Assembly: GCA_964603235.1 (NCBI GenBank)
Contig: CAZRUU010000001.1
Coordinates: forward strand, 1-38,588
Length of the DNA stretch: 38,588 bases
Direction of reading: 5' to 3'
From: an uncultured Syntrophaceae bacterium
Lineage (GTDB): Bacteria > Desulfobacterota > Syntrophia > Syntrophales > UBA2210
Below the pieces are notes generated by a model. That model was given only the letters and a program-made list of their open reading frames with translations. It was not told where the DNA came from and ran no database searches. Position 1 is the first letter of the stretch; each line of letters opens with the position of its first letter. Positions 1-8,483 of the stretch are shown one piece after another. The position numbers and the translations under genes were made by a program.

Positions 1-87
1 CAGGTATATCACAAGACCTCGTTTCCATGTAGGTATATTGAAAGCGGGGTCTTGTTTTATCCTATACGCCTATGTGTTATCAGACAC

Positions 88-1188
88 CTAGGCCCGTTTC
101 TTCAAGACATGAACATTGCGGGAGACGGTCACATCCACCTTGTCCTTTTCCTTCAAAGGTACATGCTCCCTGGGATCCTGGATGTCCACGATTATTTCCT
201 TGTCATTCCCCAGGACCACGTGACATTTTGCAAGCGCCCCCGAATATATATACCGTCTCAGTGTGCCCTGGATCACGTTCTGTTTAACCGTTCCGTTGGC
301 TGGTGCGATCCTTATTGTTTCCGGTCTGATGACGAGCAACACTTCAGTCCCTGGGGCAAATTCAGTCTGCTCAATATCAATCTCAAGCTTCCCGTATTCA
401 GTTGATACGACAGCTGCATCAGTTTCCTTGATGATGCTGTCGATCTTTGCTGGGAGGAAATTGACGTAACCGACAAAACTCGCGATGAATTCATTGACGG
501 GATGATCGTATATCTCAATGGGAGAACCTACCTGCTGTATATACCCATCTGAGAGTACAACGATCTTGTCGGATATGGCCATTGCCTCATACTGGTCGTG
601 GGTGACAAAGACGGTTGTGATGGACAGTTCCGTCTGAAGCCTCCTGATTTCATCACGCATGAGAACCCGCAGGTTCGCGTCGAGGTTCGATATGGGTTCG
701 TCGAGGAGGAGCACCTTGGGTGAAAAGGCAAGTGCACGGGCAAAGGCGACGCGCTGCTGCTGACCACCGCTCATTTTATCGATCATCCTGTCGTTGTATC
801 CTTCCAGTTGCACCAGCGTCAGGAGTTCATCGACACGTTCCCGGATCTTTTTCTTGTCCCATTTTTTGATCTTCAGTCCGTAGGCAAGATTTTCACCTAC
901 CGTCAGATGAGGAAAGAGGGCATAGTTCTGGAAACAGATCCGTGTATCACGAAGATTGGGCGGCAGATTACTGATATCCCTCCCCTCAAGTATGATCTCG
1001 CCGGAATCCTGTTCAGTGAATCCTCCGATGACACGTAGAAGAGTGGTCTTTCCGCATCCGCTGGGCCCCACGAACGTTACCAGCTCTCCCTTATTTACCT
1101 CAATAGAAATGCCATTCAGGACCTTGTTCTTGCCGAAGGATTTGTGGATATCCTTTACGATCAACATTGGTTGCTCATTCGTACCCAT
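88..1188 (-). CDS. ABC transporter ATP-binding subunit with C-terminal TOBE-like domain (PotA/FbpC/PhnT type)
   Basis: 366-aa ORF. Walker A GPSGCGKTT, signature MSGGQQQRVAFARAL, Walker B VLLLDEP, H-loop VTHDQ. The ATG lies 1 nt after the permease stop. Confidence 0.9.
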   Translation of the reverse strand: MGTNEQPMLIVKDIHKSFGKNKVLNGISIEVNKGELVTFVGPSGCGKTTLLRVIGGFTEQDSGEIILEGRDISNLPPNLRDTRICFQNYALFPHLTVGENLAYGLKIKKWDKKKIRERVDELLTLVQLEGYNDRMIDKMSGGQQQRVAFARALAFSPKVLLLDEPISNLDANLRVLMRDEIRRLQTELSITTVFVTHDQYEAMAISDKIVVLSDGYIQQVGSPIEIYDHPVNEFIASFVGYVNFLPAKIDSIIKETDAAVVSTEYGKLEIDIEQTEFAPGTEVLLVIRPETIRIAPANGTVKQNVIQGTLRRYIYSGALAKCHVVLGNDKEIIVDIQDPREHVPLKEKDKVDVTVSRNVHVLKKRA

Positions 1189-1189
1189 A

Positions 1190-2881
1190 TTATGCAGCGC
1201 CTCTCTTTGGTTCTATATTGAGATTTGTAAATTTTGTTAACAGTTTAAGTGTAATCATGCACAGGATAACTATCATGATCATCTTCAAGGTAGTGGCCGA
1301 CGCAAGGCCTATTTTTCCGTATGCAGCTGCGTCGAATATGGTCACCGCCGCCAGTTCGTAGCCAGGGCTTACAAGGAATACTACCGCGCTGAGGGATACC
1401 ATTGTTGTCATGAAGGTATAGATAAAACCTGCGATAAAGGCAGGGAACATAATGGGAAGGACTATTCTCCTGAATGTTGTGATGAAGGTTGCCCCCATAT
1501 CCCATGATGCCTCCTCTATTTCGATATTGATCTGATGAAGCTTGGTGATTCCCGCTTCGACGCCGACGGCAAGAAAACGAAATACGCAGTTGAGGGCCAG
1601 TATCATGATTCCTCCCGTCAGTTTCATGGGAGGTGACGCGAAGGCTAGGAGATAGCCAACTCCGAGGACGGTGCCCGGCAAGGCAAATCCCGACAGGGCG
1701 ATCATCTCGATGAAATTTCTTCCGAAAAATTTTCCACGCACGATAATATAGGCGAGAAGAGTACCGATGATGCCGCCAATGAGCGCGGCGAGAAACGATA
1801 CTTTTACGCTGTTCCAGATTGCTATGTTGGAGCGGAAATCCATAATATGTCTCCAAACGAATTCATTTTTGACACCCAGAATGTTGACAAACGCGGCCAT
1901 TATGACCACTAAGAAGCAGATAAATATGGTGAATCCGAAGGTAAAGGTAATGGCAATGAAGGGTACTTTTACGAAGGGACTCATCTTTCGCGGTTCTGAG
2001 GCGATGGGCTTGCCTTCGATCGTAGTGAATTTCTTGCCCTTGAGCAGGTAATTATGGGCTATGAAGATCATGATGCATGGCATGATCAACATGACGGAAA
2101 GGACGCTACCCATACTGAAATCAGCTTCACCCGTTATCATTGTGTAGGTGTCGGGGGCCAGAAAGGGAACTCTGCCTCCAAGGACAGCGGCATTACCGAA
2201 CTCCGCGATGGTCATGACAAAAACCAGGAGGGCGGCCTTGAGCAGTCCGGGAGCGAGCAGAGGGAGTGTAATAGTCCTTATGATGTGTCCCTCCGTCGCG
2301 CCCATGTCGTAGGCGCTTTCCTCAAGGTTCGGATTCAGCGATTTGATATTATTTTCCAGTATCAGGAATGCCAGGGGTATGAAAGCGAGTGTCTGGGCTA
2401 TGACAACGCCGTCGAAGCCGTATATCTCCCAGTGAACACCGAAAGTGGTGGTGATCAACCCGACGCGTCCGAAGAGAATAATAAGGGAGAGCGCGAAGAG
2501 ATATGGCGGTGCAATCAACGGTATCATGGCGACGATCTTGAGAGGTTTACGCAGGGCCATGGGGCCGCGCGTCGTCATGTAGGCGAAACAGAAACCTACG
2601 GCCACGCATATAACGGTATTTATCACGCCTAGCCACAGTGTATTCTTCAGAGATTGGAAAAAATACGCATGGGTAAAAAAATTATTGTAGTGTGCGAGGG
2701 TAAAACCCCCAGGGCCTTGAAAGCTCTTTACCAGTACGGCGAATATGGGGTAGAGGAGAAAGACGGCGAGTAGCAGAAATAAAAGCAAAGCCAGGATGTT
2801 GATAAACTTCGCGTTGAAAAATTCTTTGATACTTTCCCATCCTGTCAGCTCAGCGTGGTATGGTGTTGCCGTTAAAGCCAT
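1190..2881 (-). CDS. Fused two-domain ABC transporter permease (Fe3+/2-aminoethylphosphonate-type, single polypeptide carrying both membrane domains)
   Basis: 563-aa highly hydrophobic ORF with two EAA-like loops (ESAYDMGATEGHIIRTITLPLLAPG and EEASWDMGATFITTFRRIVLPIMFPA). It sits between the binding-protein and ATPase genes. Confidence 0.85.
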   Translation of the reverse strand: MALTATPYHAELTGWESIKEFFNAKFINILALLLFLLLAVFLLYPIFAVLVKSFQGPGGFTLAHYNNFFTHAYFFQSLKNTLWLGVINTVICVAVGFCFAYMTTRGPMALRKPLKIVAMIPLIAPPYLFALSLIILFGRVGLITTTFGVHWEIYGFDGVVIAQTLAFIPLAFLILENNIKSLNPNLEESAYDMGATEGHIIRTITLPLLAPGLLKAALLVFVMTIAEFGNAAVLGGRVPFLAPDTYTMITGEADFSMGSVLSVMLIMPCIMIFIAHNYLLKGKKFTTIEGKPIASEPRKMSPFVKVPFIAITFTFGFTIFICFLVVIMAAFVNILGVKNEFVWRHIMDFRSNIAIWNSVKVSFLAALIGGIIGTLLAYIIVRGKFFGRNFIEMIALSGFALPGTVLGVGYLLAFASPPMKLTGGIMILALNCVFRFLAVGVEAGITKLHQINIEIEEASWDMGATFITTFRRIVLPIMFPAFIAGFIYTFMTTMVSLSAVVFLVSPGYELAAVTIFDAAAYGKIGLASATTLKMIMIVILCMITLKLLTKFTNLNIEPKRGAA

Positions 2882-2936
2882 CCTTCTCCCCTTTGTGTGA
2901 TAGTTGCCAGTAAATCTCAGATGTTAAAGACAACGG

Positions 2937-3938
2937 TTATTTGTAGGTGGTCCTGAATTTCGATTTCCAGATATCGTTATTCTTGGGCCTTTCTTTCGCG
3001 GCCTTTCCGAGGTCCAGATCGATGTACTTCGGCTGTATTTCTCCGTAGAGCTTGTTCGGCGCCGGACGGGGAGCCATATAGCCAATGTTAGCCATAACAG
3101 CGCTAAATTCTTGTTCTGCAAGCGCATCAATTACCTTCTTGCAGAGACTTAATTGTTTTCCCTCTGTAGTACTGAAGATAAACGCAAAGGTTCCGTCATA
3201 GCCGATACCCTCTTCTGGGACTCCCCAGACAATCGGATAACCCTGGTCGAGCCTGTTTTTGACGTTTTCATCTGAGGTGATACCCAGCGTGAATTCGCCA
3301 CGACCAACGAGGTCTGTCGGCGCATTGCCGCTTCTGGTGTAATGATGGATGTTTTTGTCAAGTTTCTGAAGGAAATCCCAACCTCCATCATCGCCATAGA
3401 GGGCGAGGAAGGTGAAGCGGATCATGTTTGCCGTTCCGGAGCTGAGGGGTGATGCCATGACGATCTCACCCTTCCACTTGGGATCCAGAAGCTCCTTCCA
3501 GCTGGTGGGAAGCTTGAGGCCTTTTTTAGCGAGGATATCCTTATTACCAACGAGCACAAAAGAGAAATTCCCGATGTTGTACCAGTATCCCTTGGGATCG
3601 GCGAAAACATTGCTGATTCCCTGCCATTTAGGAGACTTGTAAGACTGGGCCCATTTCTTCTCCGCTGCCATAAAGCACAGGGGAGAACCACAGCCAAGAA
3701 CCATATCAGCATTGAAATTGGGGGCTTCGGCCTTTACCTTGGCTTCAATTTCACCGAATGACTGAAAAGTCTGCTTAATGTCAATTCCTGTTTTTGCCTT
3801 GACGTAGTTTACGATAGCTATGTTGTTGTCGGGTGACGTACCCATGTAGGCGGTTATTTCATCACCAGCGTAAACACTGCCGCCTACTACCATGATTGCA
3901 AAAATGACGAGAACTGCCAAAGATATTTTTGTCTTCAT
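2937..3938 (-). CDS. Periplasmic substrate-binding protein of the ABC importer (FbpA/PhnS-like family)
   Basis: 333-aa ORF. Signal peptide MKTKISLAVLVIFAIMVVGGSVYA. Motif WKELLDPKWKGEIVMASPLSSGTA is typical of Fe3+/AEP-type binding proteins (from memory). RBS AAGGAGAAAC precedes the ATG. Confidence 0.8.
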   Translation of the reverse strand: MKTKISLAVLVIFAIMVVGGSVYAGDEITAYMGTSPDNNIAIVNYVKAKTGIDIKQTFQSFGEIEAKVKAEAPNFNADMVLGCGSPLCFMAAEKKWAQSYKSPKWQGISNVFADPKGYWYNIGNFSFVLVGNKDILAKKGLKLPTSWKELLDPKWKGEIVMASPLSSGTANMIRFTFLALYGDDGGWDFLQKLDKNIHHYTRSGNAPTDLVGRGEFTLGITSDENVKNRLDQGYPIVWGVPEEGIGYDGTFAFIFSTTEGKQLSLCKKVIDALAEQEFSAVMANIGYMAPRPAPNKLYGEIQPKYIDLDLGKAAKERPKNNDIWKSKFRTTYK

Positions 3939-3951
3939 AATGTTTCTCCTT

Positions 3952-3999
3952 TTGAGTGATCATTGGTTATACTTGTTGAGTGATCATTGGTTATACTTG
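3952..3999. repeat. Perfect 2 x 24-bp tandem direct repeat (TTGAGTGATCATTGGTTATACTTG) in the 5' leader of the ABC operon
   Basis: Copies at 3952-3975 and 3976-3999 are identical. They lie 14 nt upstream of the binding-protein start codon, next to its RBS. Each unit contains the palindrome TGATCA. Confidence 0.95.
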
Positions 4000-4065
4000 A
4001 AACAAGACACCTTTAACCTTATACCCCACCCCCTTTCATTATCCATTTCATACAATATGCTTTTC

Positions 4066-4087
4066 AAATATAAGTCAAACTAATAAT
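4066..4087 (-). promoter_or_regulatory. Candidate promoter/operator module for the ABC operon (minus strand ATTATTAGTTTGACTTATATTT, contains TTGACT -35-like hexamer)
   Basis: The 22-nt string is identical to 19860-19881 upstream of phnW. The -35-like TTGACT lies at 4073-4078 on the minus strand. The -10 element is not clear. Confidence 0.45.
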
Positions 4088-4238
4088 TATTATATTATAG
4101 ATAACCGATGATTATCGTATCCCCCCAGACGATGAAAGGATAGCTCTGGCCCTCAGGCTAAAACTCGATTTTATTTCGCAGGGATAGCAGAGGTACAGAG
4201 AAGAACAGCAATATTCGCCCTTGTGCCTCTATCCATCC

Positions 4239-5399
4239 CTATAACTCATCGATCACTTCATGTATATAGATCTGACGTTTTTCCAGTTCGGAGAAGACAT
4301 CCTCCGGATCGAAGGCGAATTCGGGCATTACCGCGCCCGTGCCGTGAGCCCTGCCGCGAGCGATCAACTGGACTCCTATGGACATGGGGATACCTACGCA
4401 TCTGGTATAGGCCCTGAGTTTTTCCCATCCCTCAACGGAGCCGTCCGATGAAGGGTGCGTATGGGTCAGGATATGCCGGTACTTCTTTCCCGCTTTCGTT
4501 CCGACAACCTCGACGTGCAGGGCATATCCGTACAGATCGGTGTTCTGCCCCTCGGGAGCCTGTTGGAGATAACTTCCGATGGCGTCCATGATACCGACTT
4601 CGGCGCCGTCCAACCGTATCCTGTCGTTTCTCATAAACCCCCACTCATACAGGGCCTTTACGAGCGCCATGTTCGCAGGGGGCCAAGTGCCGCGAACTTC
4701 TATCAGCTCTACCCCCTTGTCTTTGAGATATTCGTAGGCCGTCCTCGTCTCCGAGTGGGGAATGATCCATTGCGGATGAGTCCCGTACGGTTCCGGCAGT
4801 TCAATCTCCCGCTCCCTCGCGAATGGGGGCACCTGTATAAATTTTCCGTCTTCGAAGACCACCCTGCCCGGCAGGGCTGGATCGTATTCATAGGTCGTCG
4901 TTTCAGTGATAGAGGGAGAAAAGGCGATGGGCCGGAATGCCCCGTGGCTAACACGGACGATTTCAACGGTATCAAGCCTGTCGGCGGCGTATCTGACCAT
5001 CATGTCGGTGGTTCCCGGTGTCATGCCGAATCCCGGAACATGTATCTCCCCATGCTTTTTGAATATGTCATCGTACTTATATTCTTCCCCGAAGCCGTTG
5101 AGGTTGATCCCGCTGCAGCCTGCCCGGGCTATGCATTCCGTGGTGCGGTCATTGAGTTTTATGGTTGTCCCGTCCATAACGATCTCGTACTCTTTAAGGG
5201 TATTTATGGTTTCCTCCTTTTCGAGGACGTTAACCCTTACGAAATCTACCCGACTGTCGTTAAGCTCTTCTACGAGAGCGCGACCGGCCTCTTCATTGTA
5301 ATCACCTATGGTAATTTTTTCGAACTCGGAGAATTCCACCAGATCACGGGCCGCTTCACCGCATATTTTCCCAGCGCCGCCAAGACACAACACGTTCAT
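4239..5399 (-). CDS. Saccharopine dehydrogenase-family NAD(P)-dependent oxidoreductase
   Basis: N-terminal Rossmann motif MNVLCLGGAGKICGEAARDL and about 385 aa, typical of the saccharopine/carboxynorspermidine dehydrogenase family. I prefer the ATG at 5399 (RBS AGGGGGG upstream) to the TTG at 5435 in the ORF track. Confidence 0.75.
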   Translation of the reverse strand: MNVLCLGGAGKICGEAARDLVEFSEFEKITIGDYNEEAGRALVEELNDSRVDFVRVNVLEKEETINTLKEYEIVMDGTTIKLNDRTTECIARAGCSGINLNGFGEEYKYDDIFKKHGEIHVPGFGMTPGTTDMMVRYAADRLDTVEIVRVSHGAFRPIAFSPSITETTTYEYDPALPGRVVFEDGKFIQVPPFAREREIELPEPYGTHPQWIIPHSETRTAYEYLKDKGVELIEVRGTWPPANMALVKALYEWGFMRNDRIRLDGAEVGIMDAIGSYLQQAPEGQNTDLYGYALHVEVVGTKAGKKYRHILTHTHPSSDGSVEGWEKLRAYTRCVGIPMSIGVQLIARGRAHGTGAVMPEFAFDPEDVFSELEKRQIYIHEVIDEL

Positions 5400-5503
5400 A
5401 TTATCCCCCCTTTTTCTCATCAGACATGATTGCAATCCCCGAATGCCAAGGGTTCTTCATCGCTTATGCAGTCTTGATGGATTCGAAGAAAGTTTTTAAA
5501 CGT

Positions 5504-5582
5504 GTCATTTCGAACGAATGTGAGAAATCTTTACAATGTAACATTTTAAAGATACAAGATTTCTCTCTGCGATCGAAATGAC
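5504..5582. repeat. REP/MITE-like imperfect inverted repeat (GTCATTTCGAACGAATGTGAGAAATCT ... AGATTTCTCTCTGCGATCGAAATGAC)
   Basis: Arms at 5504-5530 and 5557-5582 are complementary apart from a few mismatches. It is intergenic, between the class-III PLP gene and the saccharopine-dehydrogenase-like gene. Confidence 0.7.
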
Positions 5583-5704
5583 AAATGATGATAGTTATTC
5601 AAACCTCTCCACTTATGTGATTTTAAGTATCTTCAAATATTATATTGGGTAAGTCAAAGGACTAATTATAGGTATTATGATAACCGCAGGTTATGGTTTG
5701 GGGA

Positions 5705-7069
5705 CTATACTCCTTGTTCCACTTCACCTATTGTTTCATCAAGGATATCCAGCGCCGTATCCATCTCTTCCTTTGTTATGACAAGGGCCGGCCTCAACGT
5801 TATGATGTTTCCCTCTATCGTCTTGAGGGACAGCCCCTTCTCGAGGCATCTGAACATGATGATCTCCGCCTCATCGACGGCCCTCTGCCTGGTTTTTCTG
5901 TCGGTAACGAGGTCGATCCCTATATGAAGGCCCACCCCCTTCACGTCTCCGATGAAGGGGTGCCTCTCTTTCATCTCAGACAGCCGATCCAGTGTATAGG
6001 CTCCCAGTTCCTCAGCGTGCCGGCACAGATCGTTCTTTTCTATATACTCGATTTCCCCGAGAGCGGCCGCGCAACAGAGGGCGTTCTTTTCATGCGTGTA
6101 ATGGCCTATGGACCGGTGCTGCAGTGTGTTGTATTCTTCTTTGGCGATAATTCCCGCGAAGGGGAGCAGGCCGCCCCCCATAGACTTCCCCAGCACGAGG
6201 ATGTCAGGGGTGAGATAATGCTCGCAGGCGAACATCTTCCCTGTCCTACCGAAACCTTCGATTATTTCGTCGAAGATAAGCAAGGCCCCGTATTCATCAC
6301 ACAGGCCTTTCACACCCTCCCAGAATCCCCTGCTCGGCACTACCGGTTTCGCGGAAATCGGCTCACCAATCAGCGCCGCCATCTCCGGCTCTCGCCGTAG
6401 CACCAGTTCGATCTGGCGGAGACACTCGGCGTCCACGTCAGATCTATCGGTGAATCCCCACGGGTTCCGGTAATAGTTGGGAAACTCCACATGAAAAGCC
6501 CCCGGAACCATAGGACCGAGACCCCCGTGAAAATGTTCTTCACCACCGACACTTGCCGCAGCGAATCCAGCTCCGTGAAAAGAATCCCAGAAAGAGATCG
6601 TCTTGAATCTTCCCGTTACCTGTTTCGCGAGCTTCAGTGCCATCTCGATTGCTTCGGACCCCCCCGGGCAGAACAGAGACCTGGAGAGACCCTGGGGAGT
6701 GATCTCCGAGAGCTTCTTTGCCAGAGATACTGCCGGTATGTTGGTATATCTCCGAGGACAGAACGTCATCTCCGAGTCCAGTTGTTTTCTGACAGCGGCG
6801 ATAATATCAGGGTTGTTAAAGCCCGCGTTATGGACACCGTTGCCATGCATATCGATGTAGCTTTTTCCGTCCAGATCTTCTATGCACGCACCGTGGGCCC
6901 TGGCCAGCACATTCAGGACAGGCGTGGAAAGATTCTGATGGAGGAAATACCGGTTATCCTCCTCAAACCACTTCCTGGCTTCTACCGACAGATTCCCTTC
7001 CCAGTATTTTTCCCTGCCGGGCGTGGTGTTGCTGTCTCCCTGTTCTCTGTTAAAACGAGATTCTTTCAT
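5705..7069 (-). CDS. Class-III PLP-dependent aminotransferase/lyase, dialkylglycine-decarboxylase/PbfA-like subgroup (paralog 1)
   Basis: 454 aa. DEIIEGFGRTGKMF and PLP-lysine context DILVLGKSMGGG. Subgroup marks FCPRRYTN, WDSFHG and GHYTHEKN. About half the residues match the 15802-17154 product by eye. Confidence 0.85.
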   Translation of the reverse strand: MKESRFNREQGDSNTTPGREKYWEGNLSVEARKWFEEDNRYFLHQNLSTPVLNVLARAHGACIEDLDGKSYIDMHGNGVHNAGFNNPDIIAAVRKQLDSEMTFCPRRYTNIPAVSLAKKLSEITPQGLSRSLFCPGGSEAIEMALKLAKQVTGRFKTISFWDSFHGAGFAAASVGGEEHFHGGLGPMVPGAFHVEFPNYYRNPWGFTDRSDVDAECLRQIELVLRREPEMAALIGEPISAKPVVPSRGFWEGVKGLCDEYGALLIFDEIIEGFGRTGKMFACEHYLTPDILVLGKSMGGGLLPFAGIIAKEEYNTLQHRSIGHYTHEKNALCCAAALGEIEYIEKNDLCRHAEELGAYTLDRLSEMKERHPFIGDVKGVGLHIGIDLVTDRKTRQRAVDEAEIIMFRCLEKGLSLKTIEGNIITLRPALVITKEEMDTALDILDETIGEVEQGV

Positions 7070-7285
7070 GGTGAGCTTCCCTCCTGCATATAATCATTAA
7101 AGGAAAAATGCATTTCTCCTTGTTTTCGATGATAACACCGGGTACATAAACAAAATTGGAAAAATCAAGGGGTATTTTTCCGTTTATATCTTTTTAATAT
7201 AAGAACAGATGGAATGTACTCTATGCCATGATAGCAACATCATATCAAATATTCCACTTATTAACACTGTTACGCCGTTGATATA

Positions 7286-7615
7286 TCAATTGAACACCAG
7301 ACCATAATCACACTCGCAAGCGCAGGCATCTCTTGCCAGACAGCTCTCCAACTCGCTCGTTTTGCCAAGAGACAACCTGCTGATGTCACATTCGTCAAAG
7401 GCCCCCTTGATTGGTGGATATGTCCGCCCGAAAGCCTCGCCCATTGGCTGAACGCCGGAATGCCTGACTTTAAACGCAAAGAAATATGTGTACGACGGGG
7501 CTCCGCCTGGTGGGAACGATTTGATATATTTTTCTGGCACGGTTTTCAAACAATACCGGAACTGGCCCGACCAAAGCAAGTGGTTCGGTGACGATATCGC
7601 CTGGGACGGAATCAT
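7286..7615 (-). CDS. Hypothetical small protein with Cys-rich C-terminus (CLARDACACECDYG)
   Basis: 109-aa ATG-initiated ORF with no family recognised. Coding status is uncertain. Confidence 0.3.
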   Translation of the reverse strand: MIPSQAISSPNHLLWSGQFRYCLKTVPEKYIKSFPPGGAPSYTYFFAFKVRHSGVQPMGEAFGRTYPPIKGAFDECDISRLSLGKTSELESCLARDACACECDYGLVFN

Positions 7616-7825
7616 AAGGCAATACCTCCCCGGCCAAAAGTTACGTTAGATTTCACGAGTTCGTTTAAGGTTATGGGATCGAGTTGTTATCAACATTGAA
7701 AGCTCAATTGTGATAGCGCATACCCTGACGAACTTGATCCATAAGCCGTAGCAAAAGGGATGTCCCCTTAATTTCTCCTTATTTTCCATGATAATTCGAT
7801 TTAAATTAGCAAAGGGGAAGAATCA

Positions 7826-7948
7826 GGAGAAATCTTATTTCAAGATATTGCAGCTCAATTCGATGAAGCATGGAATGATCGAGATGCGGCTAAAATTGCA
7901 GCCCTCCTCACTAAAGATGCTGACTTTGCTTTCCCTGATGGAGTAATA
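7826..7948 (+). pseudogene. N-terminal relic of a SnoaL-like/DUF4440 (NTF2-fold) protein, truncated at a REP-like element
   Basis: Translation ILFQDIAAQFDEAWNDRDAAKIAALLTKDADFAFPDGV matches the usual start of SnoaL-like proteins (xxFxxAWNxxDxxxxxxLxxxDAxF). There is no start codon, and the frame runs into the repeat at 7949. Confidence 0.4.
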
Positions 7949-8085
7949 TTTTACGCTTTCGTAAAAAGTCAGAATATGAACAATTTTGTCATTCCCATGA
8001 AAACGGGAATCTAGTATTTCTAGATAGTCATACGCTTCTGGATTCCCGCCTACGCAGGAATGACAGACTTTTTACAAAGCCATCA
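7949..8085. repeat. Composite REP-like element with inverted ends (TTTTACGCTTTCGTAAAAAGTC ... GACTTTTTACAAAGCCATCA) and internal GGGAAT/ATTCCC hairpins
   Basis: It contains GTCATTCCCATGAAAACGGGAATC and GGATTCCCGCCTACGCAGGAATGAC. These are the hairpin modules that translate as VIPxKxGI and LDSRLRxND in many environmental genomes. Confidence 0.65.
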
Positions 8086-8256
8086 TATGTTGAGCGCTAT
8101 CTGGTTTATATGGTCCGTGGGTCTCCTTGAAATCATTAAGAAACTACATGAGCTAAAGATTCTTCCTACAATATTTCATATATATTGATCTGTCCATCAA
8201 GCCCCTTGCAGCCGGCAGCTACCCGTTGTGGCCGCAAATATTCAAGAACAAATGTT

Positions 8257-8448
8257 TCAAACCTTTTCTTCCATTTCTGTCAGGCACGTATCAATAATAT
8301 CGAGCGCCCTGTCCATCTCTTCCTTTGTAATGATCAGGGGCGGGGTGAGGGTAATGATATTTCCCATAGTCAACTTGAAGCTCAGTCCCTTCGTCAGTGC
8401 CCTGTACATCACCTCTTCCGCCTCTTCACAAGCCCTTCTCCTATTACT
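8257..8448 (-). pseudogene. 3'-terminal relic of a third class-III PLP enzyme gene (paralog of 15802-17154)
   Basis: The minus strand translates as ...RRACEEAEEVMYRALTKGLSFKLTMGNIITLTPPLIITKEEMDRALDIIDTCLTEMEEKV*. By hand count, 46 of 51 aligned residues and 121 of 153 nt match the C-terminus encoded at 17002-17154. About 390 N-terminal codons are missing. Confidence 0.75.
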
Positions 8449-8483
8449 GCTGTGATTATGTTTATTGTCTTGTTTTTACACGA

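Noticed and set aside
1-87. Possible terminator after the ABC ATPase gene (ACAAGACCCCG ... CGAGGTCTTGT on the minus strand)
   Set aside because: The loop is about 23 nt, one stem position is mismatched and there is no U-tract, which is too weak to call.
3892-4083. 63-aa ORF with the internal repeat LLSDHWLYLLSDHWLY
   Set aside because: It is the translation of the 24-bp tandem repeat in an intergenic leader. It has no RBS and runs opposite to the flanking operon.
4455-5429. Long antisense ORFs: 4455-5429 (+, 324 aa), 5693-6400 (+), 6491-7093 (+), 16294-17202 (-, 302 aa), 29903-30529 (+), 30517-31140 (+), 1245-1856 (-), 2054-2632 (+), 23866-24363 (+), 24834-25313 (+)
   Set aside because: Each lies opposite an ORF with clear family motifs. 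Their translations are low-complexity and Arg/Pro/Ser/Gly-rich with no recognisable motifs, which is typical of shadow ORFs on the antisense strand.
5680-5694. Palindrome ATAACCGCAGGTTAT sharing a 12-mer (TAACCGCAGGTT) with 9719-9730 just upstream of the TAXI gene RBS, considered as a shared operator
   Set aside because: A rough expectation for exact 12-mers recurring by chance in a 38.6-kb window, counting both strands, is in the tens. The match is not significant by itself and is kept only as a note.
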